Below, in pieces: positions 9,886-19,629 of a stretch of 64,000 bases of DNA. Source of the stretch: Pseudomonadota bacterium (GTDB lineage: Bacteria; Pseudomonadota; Alphaproteobacteria; Micavibrionales; UBA2020). Both the position numbers and the translations under genes were made by a program. The notes below the pieces were generated by a model. The model saw nothing but the letters and a program-made list of their open reading frames with translations, ran no database searches and had not been told where the DNA came from. The stretch lies in contig JAZDGQ010000007.1 of assembly GCA_043806835.1 (NCBI GenBank), positions 2,831 to 66,830 of the forward strand, given 5' to 3'. How positions within the stretch are numbered: the first letter of the stretch is position 1; every line of letters begins with the position of its first letter.

Positions 9886-10875
9886 TCAAGGAGCCCCGTT
9901 CGCCTTGGCGAGGGGGTGCTTGGTTTCCACGGCGTTTTTCATCTGTTCGCCGACAACCTGCGTGTAGATCTGGGTCGTGGCGATATCGGCATGGCCCAGC
10001 ATCTTCTGGACGGAGCGCAGATCCGCGCCGTGTTTCAGAAGGTGGGTCGCGAAAGCATGGCGCAGGACGTGCGGACTGACGCGGCCCGGATCGAGACCGG
10101 CGTTGCGCGACAGCTCTTTCAGCAGCTGGGCGAAACGCTGGCGGGTCAGGTGCCCGGATTCGGACGTGCGGGACGGGAACAGCCATTTGCTTTGCGCGTC
10201 GGCGCGGTCGGGCATCAGGAACCTGGTCCTGACGTCCATATACGCCTTCATCGCTTTCTGGGCGGGTTCGGACAGGGGAGCCATGCGTTCGCGGCCTCCC
10301 TTGCCTTCGACCGTCAGGTAGCGGCTTTCCGGACCGATGGAGGCCAGAGGCAGGCCGACCAGTTCGGAAACGCGCAGACCCGTCGCATAGAGGATCTCGA
10401 GCAGAGACACGAGACGGATGCTTTCCGGGCCACCCTGTTTCTGCGCCGTCGTGATCAGGACGGTGACTTCATCCTCGCTCAGGATTTTCGGCAGGGTGCG
10501 GGTTTGTTTCGGGCTTTCGATGGTGGACGTCGGATCATCCGACCGGGTGCCTTCGGAAACGAGAAATCCGAAGAATTGGCGTAATGCGGAAATGCGGCGC
10601 GCAATCGTGCGTACAGCCGTTTTGCCGCCACCCTTGCTTTTCACGTTCACGCGTTCCCCCAGCTCACCAAGGTAAGCCTTCAGATCGCTTGTCGCAGCGG
10701 TATTGATGTCCTTTCCCTGCTTTTTCAGGAAAGCGCAAACATCCGCAAGATCACGCTCATAAGCATGACGTGTGTTAAGAGCTGCACCGCGTTCGGCGAT
10801 GAGCATATCTAGAAATGCATCCACAGTGCCGGGAAGCGGCACTTTCGGCATTCTTGGACGACCTGGACGAGCCAT
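9886..10875 (-). CDS. xerD: site-specific tyrosine recombinase XerD
   Basis: Catalytic C-terminus ATGLRVSELVGL ... HVLRHAFATHLLKHGADLRSVQKMLGHADIATTQIYTQV. ATG 10875 (MARPGRP...). The accA-xerD-aroK neighbourhood is typical of chromosome-dimer resolution XerD. Confidence 0.85.
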   Translation of the reverse strand: MARPGRPRMPKVPLPGTVDAFLDMLIAERGAALNTRHAYERDLADVCAFLKKQGKDINTAATSDLKAYLGELGERVNVKSKGGGKTAVRTIARRISALRQFFGFLVSEGTRSDDPTSTIESPKQTRTLPKILSEDEVTVLITTAQKQGGPESIRLVSLLEILYATGLRVSELVGLPLASIGPESRYLTVEGKGGRERMAPLSEPAQKAMKAYMDVRTRFLMPDRADAQSKWLFPSRTSESGHLTRQRFAQLLKELSRNAGLDPGRVSPHVLRHAFATHLLKHGADLRSVQKMLGHADIATTQIYTQVVGEQMKNAVETKHPLAKANGAP

Positions 10876-11247
10876 GATTTTTTCTCCTCTGTTAATTCCG
10901 ATTAGTCCCTTTATCACCGTACGGTGTCATAAAACAGCATCCTGTCAAAAAAAGCAAGCGGAATATGTGAAAATTGATTTTTTGTATTTCACACCCTTAA
11001 GACCATAATTCAATAACTTTCTTAACCGTATGAAATTCATTGCTTTTCTCGTATTCACCGCCGTCTTTCCCCTACCCCCTTCAAAAGGTTCAAAAATAAT
11101 GATTTTCAAACATCTTTATCAAAATGGTCCCCTCCCTCAACGACTCGGAACCAGTAAACTTATGAACTGATTCGGCGCAGACCGGGAATCTTGCTCTCTT
11201 CTCAGTGTCTGTCTCAAAAACTTTTCTTGTAGGATCAAAGAGGAAAA

Positions 11248-11321
11248 ACCGCAGATGGACGCAAATGAACGCTGATTTGACCGCACTCTGAATCCGCGTT
11301 CATCTGTATTTATCTGCGGTT
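11248..11321. repeat. 74-bp imperfect palindrome / hairpin element in a long non-coding gap
   Basis: AACCGCAGAT (11248-57) pairs with ATCTGCGGTT (11312-21), and AATGAACGC (11264-72) pairs with GCGTTCAT (11296-11303). This is the 'CAGATGAACGC' repeat type that generates spurious '...SICG...' peptides. Confidence 0.45.
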
Positions 11322-11402
11322 CCTTAAAGGCTTTCTGCCAAAATCTCGCGGGGAATTGCAAAAACACCCCCGTTTTTGCTGAAAAAGTTTCGGAACGGAT
11401 AC

Positions 11403-11555
11403 TCAGGTATTCCCTTCCAGGAATACGGAAGCATCGACCTGTTTTTCAACCACCTTTTGCGCTACGGGCACATCCCACACCGCCAGAACGATAAAGCTTC
11501 CCGCAGACATGATAAACGCCAGTAAAACAAGGGAAAAAAGTAGTCTTGATATCAT
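11403..11555 (-). CDS. small hydrophobic protein (50 aa), hypothetical
   Basis: Hand-translated as MISRLLFSLVLLAFIMSAGSFIVLAVWDVPVAQKVVEKQVDASVFLEGNT*. GGAG lies 11 nt upstream of the ATG. A GCAAAAAC/GTTTTTGC hairpin lies downstream. It is below the ORF-track size cutoff. Confidence 0.35.
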   Translation of the reverse strand: MISRLLFSLVLLAFIMSAGSFIVLAVWDVPVAQKVVEKQVDASVFLEGNT

Positions 11556-11805
11556 AATTTCTATTTCTCCTGCTCCAGAACACTGCTCAGGAGCCTAGCG
11601 CAACTTCCCGGTCAGGAAAAGAAAACCTTCATAATCTCTTTTCACATCGCAAAATCGAGCATGCTCAGGATCCTATTTAGACATAATCAACGGCTTCGGG
11701 ACAACAATAATTTATTCATAAAATTAAACAGAAGTATCAATTTTCGATCTCCTTGATTTTTAAGGATTAAATTGCAATTCTATAGGTCGGAGAGAACGGG
11801 GAAAA

Positions 11806-12336
11806 ATGACGACTTCAGATCGGATTATCGTTTTAGTGGGTCTCATGGGTTCCGGCAAGAGCCGGACAGGCCGCGAGGTCGCCAGTCTCCTGAAAGTCCC
11901 TTTCGTCGATGCGGACCGCGAGATCGAGCTTGCCGCGAATTGCACTGTCGCGGAAATTTTTGAAAGATTCGGTGAAAAGGAATTTCGCAAATTGGAAAAA
12001 CAAGTCATGGGGCGTCTGCTGTCGGGCGGGGCGATTGTGCTGGCCTCCGGCGGTGGCGCGTTCATTCAGCCGGAGATCCGCGGGATTATAAAACAAAGAG
12101 CGATTTCAATATGGTTGAAGGCAGACCTTGATACTCTGATTGAACGCACTTCGCGTAACAACCGACGCCCGCTTTTACAGGGGGTGGATCCCGCGAAACG
12201 GCTGCGGGAGTTGATGGATGCACGGTATCCTGTTTACGCTGAAGCTGATATAACCGTTGTCACCGACCGGCAAACGCCTCAGGATGCAGCCCTGCACATT
12301 AAAGATGAACTCGACAGGCTGGCGCACGGAAGATAG
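11806..12336 (+). CDS. aroK: shikimate kinase
   Basis: Walker A GLMGSGKSRTG, then FVDADREIE. Length 176 aa. Followed by aroB. Confidence 0.9.
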   Translation: MTTSDRIIVLVGLMGSGKSRTGREVASLLKVPFVDADREIELAANCTVAEIFERFGEKEFRKLEKQVMGRLLSGGAIVLASGGGAFIQPEIRGIIKQRAISIWLKADLDTLIERTSRNNRRPLLQGVDPAKRLRELMDARYPVYAEADITVVTDRQTPQDAALHIKDELDRLAHGR

Positions 12337-12352
12337 GGAAGAAATACAGGGA

Positions 12353-13456
12353 ATGTCGAAAAGCACCGTACGCGTCGATTCAGGCACCCACGCTTACGAT
12401 ATTGTCATCGGCGGAGGACTTCTTCCGGAGGCGGGCGCGCGTTTGTCGCAGGTGCTTGCTTCCGAAAAAGTCTGCATCGTCACCGATGAAACCGTTGCCG
12501 GATACTATCTGGCGGATTTTACGAAGGCGCTGGAAGAGGCAGGTCTGGACGTCTGCCCGCCGGTCATTCTTCCCGCAGGAGAGGCGACAAAAAACTTCAC
12601 ATGTTTACAATACATCATCGATAAATGTTTAGGCTATGGATTAGACAGGATGTCCGCACTGATCGCTCTGGGCGGGGGCGTTGTAGGCGATATTACGGGA
12701 CTTTCTGCGGCGATTTTCATGCGCGGAATCGGGTTCGTGCAGGTTCCCACCACGCTGCTGTCGCAGGTGGACAGCTCCGTCGGGGGCAAGACGGGAATCA
12801 ATACGTCCGGCGGCAAGAATCTGGTTGGAGCTTTCCATCAGCCTGAAATTGTGCTGATTGATACCGATGTGCTGAAAACGCTTCCGGCGCGGGAGCTCAG
12901 GGCGGGATATGCCGAAGTCCTGAAATACGCGCTCGTCAACGACCCCGTTTTCTTTGACTGGCTGGAACTGAACGGCACGGCGCTTCTGAAAGGAGACACC
13001 GGTCTCCGGAAGCACGCCATCGAGACCAGTTGCCGCGCCAAGGCCGCGATCGTGGAGCAGGACGAGCGCGAGGAGAAGGACGTCCGCGCCCTGCTCAACA
13101 TGGGGCATACCTTCGGCCATGCGCTGGAAGCGCTGGGAGGATATGACGGACGTCTCCTTCACGGGGAGGCGGTGGGGATCGGGAGCCTGCTGGCTTATGA
13201 GCTTTCCCGGGATATGAACCTGTGCCCGCCGGAAGATGTCGGGCGCGTGCAGGAACATCTCCTTAAAACGGGACTGATAATGGAACCACCCTTCAGGGTG
13301 ACCGCAGAGGATATGCTGAACCGCATGCGGGGCGACAAGAAAAACAGGGACGGGCGGATCACGCTCGTTCTGGCGAAGGGCATCGGGAAAGCCTTCGTCG
13401 CCCGCCAGATCGATGAAACGGATCTGACGGCGTTTCTGCAAAAGAAATTCGGATAG
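12353..13456 (+). CDS. aroB: 3-dehydroquinate synthase
   Basis: ATG 12353 (MSKSTVRV...). Motifs GGGVVGDITGLSAA, GGKTGIN and NMGHTFGHALE. Confidence 0.9.
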   Translation: MSKSTVRVDSGTHAYDIVIGGGLLPEAGARLSQVLASEKVCIVTDETVAGYYLADFTKALEEAGLDVCPPVILPAGEATKNFTCLQYIIDKCLGYGLDRMSALIALGGGVVGDITGLSAAIFMRGIGFVQVPTTLLSQVDSSVGGKTGINTSGGKNLVGAFHQPEIVLIDTDVLKTLPARELRAGYAEVLKYALVNDPVFFDWLELNGTALLKGDTGLRKHAIETSCRAKAAIVEQDEREEKDVRALLNMGHTFGHALEALGGYDGRLLHGEAVGIGSLLAYELSRDMNLCPPEDVGRVQEHLLKTGLIMEPPFRVTAEDMLNRMRGDKKNRDGRITLVLAKGIGKAFVARQIDETDLTAFLQKKFG

Positions 13457-13467
13457 GAGATATAACA

Positions 13468-14784
13468 ATGGACAGTAATTTCTGGATCGAACTGGCGGGA
13501 TATACGGCCCTGATCGGAGTGTCCGCTTTTTTTGCCGGAGCCGAAACGGCTCTGACCGCCGTTTCGAGGGCGCGGATGCACGCGCTTGAAAGCGACGGGA
13601 ACCTGCGGGCGAAACTGGTCAACAGTCTCCGGGAAAAGAAGGAAAGGCTGATCGGCGGGCTTTTGCTCGGCAATACGCTGTCCCATGTCGCGGCTTCGGC
13701 GCTGGCGACCTCCGTCCTTATCAGGATATTCGGCGCATCAGGCGTCATTTACGCCACTTTCATCGTTTCAACGATGCTGCTGATTTTCGGCGAAGTCGTG
13801 CCGAAGACCTACGCCATGATGCATGCGGACAGAATGTCGCTGTTCATCGCTCCGGCCATTGATTTTTTCCTGAAGATATTTTCGCCCGTCATCTACAGCG
13901 TTGAAAAAAGCGTGCACGGGACTTTCCAGCTTTTCGGCATGACGCCCGCGAAGGGTCTGTCGGAAGAGCACGAGGAGGAATTGCGCGGCGCGATCCAGAT
14001 GTTCAACAAGACGATGGACGTGGGGGAAGATCAGGAGAGGGGCGCCATGCTGCGCTCCATTCTCGATCTGGCCGACGTCAAGGTGGAGGAGGTCATGGTG
14101 CACCGCAAGGACGTGCACACGATCAACGCCGATCTGCCGGTCCAGAAAATCATCGACGAGGTGCTGCACCTCGCTTTTACGCGCCTGCCCGTCTGGAAGG
14201 AAAGCCCCGACAACATCATCGGCGTCATCCATATCAAGCTGCTGTTGCGCGAAGTGCGCCGCTGCGACGGCGATTTTTCCAAAGTGATCCTCGCGAATGC
14301 GATGATGGATCCGTGGTTTATTCCGGAGTCCACCACGCTGTTCGACCAGCTGCAGGCTTTCCGCAAGCGGGGAGAGCACTTTTCCATCATGGTGGACGAA
14401 TACGGCGCCCTGATGGGGGTCGTGACGCTGGAGGACATCCTGGAGGAAATCGTCGGGGAGATCAGCGACGAGCATGACGTGGAAGTGGCGGGAGTGCGTC
14501 CGCAGACGGACGGCAGCTATATCATTGAAGGAAAAATGACGATCCGCGATCTCAACCGCGAGCTTGGCTGGGGGCTTCCGGACGAGGAATATTCAACCGT
14601 CGCCGGCCTTATCCTGTTCGAGAGCCAGAGGATACCGAACGTCGGGCAGACCTATACCTTCTTCAATTTCAGTTTCGATATCCTACGGAAGCAGAAAAAC
14701 CAGATCAGCCTCGTGCGAATCACGCCGATGCCGGGAGATCCGAAAGACGCCGCGCAGCGTCAGGCGCAGGGGGCGGAGATGTAG
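13468..14784 (+). CDS. HlyC/CorC-family (CNNM) transporter: DUF21 membrane domain + CBS pair + CorC_HlyC
   Basis: N-terminal TM region with FGEVVPK, a central CBS-pair region, and a C-terminal ...GRIPNVGQTYTFFNFSFDILRKQKNQISLVRI transporter-associated domain. Confidence 0.85.
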   Translation: MDSNFWIELAGYTALIGVSAFFAGAETALTAVSRARMHALESDGNLRAKLVNSLREKKERLIGGLLLGNTLSHVAASALATSVLIRIFGASGVIYATFIVSTMLLIFGEVVPKTYAMMHADRMSLFIAPAIDFFLKIFSPVIYSVEKSVHGTFQLFGMTPAKGLSEEHEEELRGAIQMFNKTMDVGEDQERGAMLRSILDLADVKVEEVMVHRKDVHTINADLPVQKIIDEVLHLAFTRLPVWKESPDNIIGVIHIKLLLREVRRCDGDFSKVILANAMMDPWFIPESTTLFDQLQAFRKRGEHFSIMVDEYGALMGVVTLEDILEEIVGEISDEHDVEVAGVRPQTDGSYIIEGKMTIRDLNRELGWGLPDEEYSTVAGLILFESQRIPNVGQTYTFFNFSFDILRKQKNQISLVRITPMPGDPKDAAQRQAQGAEM

Positions 14785-14920
14785 AGCTGCACCTCCTTAT
14801 TTCCCTATATCAATTCCAATAATTTTGAATATGTAATAATCAACCTTGACGTCCCCCCCACACCGGACGAATATACGGGTGGTAAGTATAAGTTTCAATT
14901 TTTCATAAGGAGTTAAGGCC

Positions 14921-15778
14921 ATGCAGGTTGAAAAAACGTCTGACCGTATTTCGCACGCCATCGCCTTCCGTCCCGGGAAAAACTTCGCCGACAGCTCCTC
15001 TTTTTCCGTCGGGATCCCCGATCCCCAGCGCGCCCTTCTCCAGCACCGGAAATACTGCGAAGCGCTGGAAAAAAGCGGGGTGAAGGTCACCGTCCTTCCC
15101 GCCGATCCGGCATTGCCAGGCGACTGCTTCATCGGCAGCGTGGCCCTCGTGGCCGGGAACCTTGCCGTCATCGGAAATTTTCCAGACGACACTCCGCGGC
15201 GGGAGGAACGAAAAACCGTTGCCTCCGCGCTGGCGAGCAGCAGATTCCTGAAATTCATCACCGCCCCCGGCCTTCTCGATTGCAGGGACGCGCTGCAGAT
15301 CCATGACCATTTTTATATCAGCCTCTCCGACCGCACCAATCAGGAAGGCGCGGCGCAACTGGCCTTTTTCCTCCGTGAATACGGGTGTGAAGTGACGATG
15401 CTGGCTTCGGAGGAAAGACTCCGCGCCCCCCTCAATACGGCGGCAACCTGCATCGGCAAGGATCGCCTCCTTATCCGCGAGGAGCTGGCGCTCCGTTTTC
15501 CCTTTCTCGGGTACGAAAAGATCGTCGTTCCCCATGAGGAACGCGGAGCCGCCAACGCGCTGATGGCCAACGGCACGCTGATCCTGCCCGCCGGATATGC
15601 CGGGACTTCGGACAAAATCAGACGACTCGGGATTCCGTTGCTGGAAGTCAACATTTCGGAATTCGAAAAAACGAACGGCGGCATCTCCTGCCTGTCGGTC
15701 AGAAGCCTGGAATCGGAAGCCGGGAGTCTGCGCCCGGAAATCACGGATCAAGCCCCCGAAGAAAGGATGTACGGCTGA
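14921..15778 (+). CDS. dimethylarginine dimethylaminohydrolase (DDAH) / amidinotransferase-fold protein
   Basis: AAGGAG SD. HAIAFRPGKNFAD N-terminus, SLSDRTN, GAANALMANG and the C-terminal catalytic-Cys motif EFEKTNGGISCLSV. Confidence 0.75.
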   Translation: MQVEKTSDRISHAIAFRPGKNFADSSSFSVGIPDPQRALLQHRKYCEALEKSGVKVTVLPADPALPGDCFIGSVALVAGNLAVIGNFPDDTPRREERKTVASALASSRFLKFITAPGLLDCRDALQIHDHFYISLSDRTNQEGAAQLAFFLREYGCEVTMLASEERLRAPLNTAATCIGKDRLLIREELALRFPFLGYEKIVVPHEERGAANALMANGTLILPAGYAGTSDKIRRLGIPLLEVNISEFEKTNGGISCLSVRSLESEAGSLRPEITDQAPEERMYG

Positions 15779-15784
15779 CGATTC

Positions 15785-18700
15785 TCAGAACGTCGGCAGT
15801 TTCTTTTCGGGAGGAGGGGCGGAAGCGTCTTTAGCCTCAGGCCCCTTCTCCAGTATATCATCTATCTTAACCTTGATGGATCCCGCCAGCTCTTCGATGA
15901 GCTGGCTTATCACGGCTCCCGTCGTGGATTTCTCCGCATCCCCCTTGTCCGCCAGCAGCCCCACACGACGGCGGATTTCCGAGCGCGCCGATCCTCCGGG
16001 GAAATTGATCGCCAGCAACCGGCGCGCCTGGCTGGCGCCGAAGCGCGCATAAAGCCTGTCGCGGATCTGCACGTCCTCCGTGGAAGTCGAGAAAGCCCAC
16101 AATTCGATGGGCCCAAGAGTATTGATCAAATGCTGTTCGTAACGACCCTCCGTCGTTCCCAAAACCAGAAGGCAGGGACCTCCGCTGGCTTTCGGTCCCG
16201 TCAGCTTATGGCGGATGATCCAGCGCGCAGTATCGGTCAGACCGAAGCGTTTCTGCGTGTCATCCACGGCGCCGTCGGAAATGGCCGTCCCCAGAACCCA
16301 GATGCCGGTCGCCAGATCAACCATGTCATCGTCGAAATCATGCAGCATCTGCGATGCCAGGATGATCTGAATCCCGCGCTTGCGGCCTTCGCGCACGTCG
16401 CGCACCACCTGACCCCGCATGGATTTCGAACTGCTCGTCCGGTGAAACTCGTCGTAGCAAAGGCGCTTCGGCGTTTCGGCGAAGTCCCGCAGCCGCGCCC
16501 CGTGAAAGGCGCGGTATTTCACCGGCATCTGCAGCAGAGCCTCCTCGTTGATCCACCACGGCGTCACAAGGGCGTGACGCGCCAGCATGTACATAATGGT
16601 CGTCTGGCGATCCGCCGTCGCATCCCCCTGCGGACAGACGTCCGCCAGATCCAGGGAGCAGATGCGGGTCTCGTTGAGAGAAAATCTCGTGACCGACGCC
16701 AGGATCGGGAATTCGCGCACGGAAGACGTGATCATCCGCTCGAAAGCATGAATAACCCCTTCGGAGCTTGTGCCGATGGACGTTTTATCAAGCAGGTTCC
16801 GTATCTGGGGACGTCTTGCCGCCGCCACGGCATCTCCCACCGTCGGCATCGCATAGCGCTGCGCCAGGCTTGCTTCAAAAGTCAGACCCTTGTCAAACAG
16901 GATATCAACGACATCCCACCAGTAGCAGCTCGGCGGCAGCACGATTTCACTTTTGCGGAGAGCCTCATCCACCGTCTGATCGATTCGCGGCAGATAGGGG
17001 CGCGGCTCGGAGTTCGCCATCTTGTCGTCCCGCCAGCGGTACATCTCATCCACCACCATCCCGGACAGCTGGGAAATGCCGTCATAGGGATCCGCCTGCC
17101 CGGGAGGCGTGCAAAGGATCGTCAATATCTCAATCAAAAAGCTGCGTTCCGTGACCTGCGGATAACGCATCCCAAGCTTGGTATCGAAAGGATTGATGGC
17201 AAACTGCTGACTCATCTGCAGACGGTACGCAGCCACCTCATGGCGGCGGTTCGGCGGCAGGGCATCCTTGATCAGCGAGACCAGCCCCGCCGAAGACTGG
17301 CCGATATCGACCACCGCCACAAACGGCAGGCGCGTCACCCCCACGGCAAGACAGGTTCCGAGATTGAGCGTGTTCATCAAGACCGATTTGCCGCCGCCGG
17401 GCTGGGAGAACACAAGATCGAACCAGGTGGTCGTGATGTTGGTTCCCGTCTGATACGGCCATACCCGCCCGTCAGGCGTCCGGAACAGGATGGATCCGCT
17501 GTCGAACGGGCTCGATGCGCGCTGCCACGGCAGCAGCTTCATCATTTCGTAGAGCGGCGCTATGCCGGCCGGAGCCGTGGAAGCGCAGGCTATCCCCAGC
17601 GCCGAGGACATGACGCAGTCCAGCGGATCTCCTGTCAGCTGGGAAATCTGGCTGTACCCCCAGCTTTCCACCCCCTGCACCAGGTTGGACAGCCTCTCTT
17701 CCAGAAGGTCAATGTCGTCTTTGGGCGCCCAGGTGCAGAAAGAAATCCTGAGCTTGACCACAGGTTCGCTGCGCGACAATTCGTTCAGAGCCTCGAGCGA
17801 ATCCTTGATCTGCCTGTTCTCGATATTCGTGACGGCCATGATCGACACAAGGAATGTTTGCAGCCCCATCCCCTGGCTGCCGCCGCCCTCCAGAAGGAAG
17901 GAGACGCGAAACGGCGTATTGCTTTCGGACAGGCGGCTGAGGAGAGCAGGAAACGGCAAAGGATCCTGCGGTCCCAGCACCATATCCACCCCGCCCCAGA
18001 CATATTTGCCCATCTCGACCACATGATCGTTGATGACGCGGGCGGAGGTCATGGCCAGCTGCTGCCGCAGGGTCGGCCACAGCACCTCCGACATATCGCT
18101 CTTGTGTTCCGGAGCGCGGGCGGGAATAGGGTCTCCCGGCAGACACGCCCTCCACCCGCTGTCGGCGGATCCCTGGAACAGGTTGGCGCGAATCGCGCGC
18201 AGCGCGTCATGCACTTCCATCTCGGCGGACTGGATGCCCATTTCCCTCAGCGCCGTGACTATCGCCGTCAGAAAACTTCTGTGCCGCGTCCGCAGGGCTC
18301 CAACGGCGGCAAAAGGATACTGCGCGTCTGCCGCCCTGACCCATTGGCGCTGACGCGACTGCTTGGCTTCCCGCGCAAAATCCGCCTTGGTCAGGATCGA
18401 CGGGCGCGTCCACAGCACGAAATAAATCTCTTCCCACGCCAGGTAATGCTTCAAATGCCGGGCGCGCTCCTCAAAAATATCGTCGATCTCAAGCCCGATA
18501 TTCCCCGCCGCCCTCTGGCTGGGGCGAAGCAGCCTCTGCAGCTCTTCACCAACACGTTCAGGGTTGCGCACGAAATAAACCTGCAACGCATGGCCGGGCC
18601 GGTCAAAGCGCGTCCCGAACTTGACGACGGCATCCGCGAGAATTTTCTTGTATTCATTTTCGCCGATGACCTGACGCGCGCCATCCACGCGAACAAGCGA

Positions 18701-18859
18701 AACCAGCGACCCGTCATCCGCCGCAAACGAAACCTTGTCATCGGAAGTTTCGAGTCGAACGAACGACTCGACCGGCTGCCGAAGCATCTTTACAAAAGGT
18801 CTGAGCAATCCGCCTAAAATACTCACAACAGAATCCTGAAATCCGAAACCAGAGGCCAA
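15785..18859 (-). CDS. icmB: type IVB secretion ATPase IcmB/DotO (TraU-like)
   Basis: 1024 aa. Walker A FSQPGGGKSVLMN and Walker B RLCYDEFH. The size, its last position in an icmL-K-E-G-C-D-J-B-ordered block and the N-terminal ...ESFVRLETSDDK region resemble DotO. Start is TTG 18859 with no clear SD, so the start is uncertain. Confidence 0.85.
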   Translation of the reverse strand: MASGFGFQDSVVSILGGLLRPFVKMLRQPVESFVRLETSDDKVSFAADDGSLVSLVRVDGARQVIGENEYKKILADAVVKFGTRFDRPGHALQVYFVRNPERVGEELQRLLRPSQRAAGNIGLEIDDIFEERARHLKHYLAWEEIYFVLWTRPSILTKADFAREAKQSRQRQWVRAADAQYPFAAVGALRTRHRSFLTAIVTALREMGIQSAEMEVHDALRAIRANLFQGSADSGWRACLPGDPIPARAPEHKSDMSEVLWPTLRQQLAMTSARVINDHVVEMGKYVWGGVDMVLGPQDPLPFPALLSRLSESNTPFRVSFLLEGGGSQGMGLQTFLVSIMAVTNIENRQIKDSLEALNELSRSEPVVKLRISFCTWAPKDDIDLLEERLSNLVQGVESWGYSQISQLTGDPLDCVMSSALGIACASTAPAGIAPLYEMMKLLPWQRASSPFDSGSILFRTPDGRVWPYQTGTNITTTWFDLVFSQPGGGKSVLMNTLNLGTCLAVGVTRLPFVAVVDIGQSSAGLVSLIKDALPPNRRHEVAAYRLQMSQQFAINPFDTKLGMRYPQVTERSFLIEILTILCTPPGQADPYDGISQLSGMVVDEMYRWRDDKMANSEPRPYLPRIDQTVDEALRKSEIVLPPSCYWWDVVDILFDKGLTFEASLAQRYAMPTVGDAVAAARRPQIRNLLDKTSIGTSSEGVIHAFERMITSSVREFPILASVTRFSLNETRICSLDLADVCPQGDATADRQTTIMYMLARHALVTPWWINEEALLQMPVKYRAFHGARLRDFAETPKRLCYDEFHRTSSSKSMRGQVVRDVREGRKRGIQIILASQMLHDFDDDMVDLATGIWVLGTAISDGAVDDTQKRFGLTDTARWIIRHKLTGPKASGGPCLLVLGTTEGRYEQHLINTLGPIELWAFSTSTEDVQIRDRLYARFGASQARRLLAINFPGGSARSEIRRRVGLLADKGDAEKSTTGAVISQLIEELAGSIKVKIDDILEKGPEAKDASAPPPEKKLPTF

Positions 18860-18901
18860 GGGTCATTGTAGCCGTTTTAACGTTTTCTGATAGACCGTAT
18901 T

Positions 18902-19612
18902 TCAGGTTTCTGACTTCTGATTTTCGACTTCTGTTTTCAGATTATAGAACATCTCCACCCATTTACGGGGGGGCAGCTCCCCGAAAGGGCCCTCCTTGGA
19001 ACGCCAGAAAGCTAAAACCTGCGGAAACTGATTAAATTCAAGGTCGCCCTCCTTGATGATGCGGCGATCCAGAGGCAGAATGCGAAAACCCTTGAACTTC
19101 CCGGCCCGCGCCTTGTATTCGCTGCCCTCCAGAAAATCCTGCAGAATGGTAGCCAGTATCTTCGGGCTGTCGGTGCCGAGTCGGCTGACAGCCTCTTCCT
19201 TGCGCGCCAGAAGAGCCTCCATCGCATCGCGCGCGGCATCCGCCATCGGTCCGCGCGAAATCCGCGCAACATAAATCGCCCTGCAAATATGGTGCAGGGA
19301 TGCCTGACCGATTTCCGGCAGCCAGATCACGGCGCCGGATTGCATGCGGTCTATTTTCTCCAGATGAAAACACTGCTGGCAAAAAGCGCAGGCGGTCACA
19401 TAGCTGTCAGGCCCGGCATCCTCACCGGTCTGGCCGATAAAATTGATCTCCTGATACTTCCGCGACTGAAAACCGCAATAGCGGCAGGTATGGTCGTCAC
19501 GGGTCAAGACAGCGTTCTTCAAATCATCGGATATCTTGTAGACATCCGTGGAAAGAACACGCCCGGCATCGGTCAAAGAACCAATGCCGGGCGCTATCCT
19601 TAAATAAGCCAT
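18902..19612 (-). CDS. icmJ: type IVB secretion protein IcmJ/DotN (TraT-like)
   Basis: RDDHTCRYCGF...YVTACAFCQQCFHLE...VIWLPEIGQASLHHICRAI matches the Zn-binding Cys motif region of Legionella IcmJ as I recall it. Lies immediately upstream of icmB. Confidence 0.7.
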   Translation of the reverse strand: MAYLRIAPGIGSLTDAGRVLSTDVYKISDDLKNAVLTRDDHTCRYCGFQSRKYQEINFIGQTGEDAGPDSYVTACAFCQQCFHLEKIDRMQSGAVIWLPEIGQASLHHICRAIYVARISRGPMADAARDAMEALLARKEEAVSRLGTDSPKILATILQDFLEGSEYKARAGKFKGFRILPLDRRIIKEGDLEFNQFPQVLAFWRSKEGPFGELPPRKWVEMFYNLKTEVENQKSET

Positions 19613-19629
19613 ACTGGCCTTCTCTGATA

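Noticed and set aside
9886-10875. Tyrosine recombinase as a possible integrase marking the edge of a T4BSS genomic island.
   Set aside because: The sequence and the accA-xerD-aroK-aroB context are those of housekeeping XerD. Five unrelated core genes (~5 kb) separate it from the T4BSS block.
11030-11170. 46-aa plus-strand ORF (MKFIAFLVFTAVFPLPPSKGSKIMIFKHLYQNGPLPQRLGTSKLMN) with a signal-like N-terminus.
   Set aside because: It has no Shine-Dalgarno and no recognisable family, and it lies in a region with repeat debris. There is insufficient support to call it a gene.
16130-18817. 895-aa plus-strand ORF, the longest 'extra' ORF in the track, lying antisense to icmB.
   Set aside because: Its product is Arg/Pro/Gly/His-rich and low-complexity, with no recognisable motifs. 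It has no SD and is fully nested opposite a gene with clear ATPase motifs. This is the typical stop-codon-poor antisense frame of high-GC DNA.
18895-18940. TCTGACTTC-type words at the icmJ 3' end that resemble the greA/HU terminator repeat (41461-41510).
   Set aside because: Only ~9 nt are shared. The region is coding (it encodes ...KTEVENQKSET*) and has no hairpin potential. The resemblance is likely coincidental.
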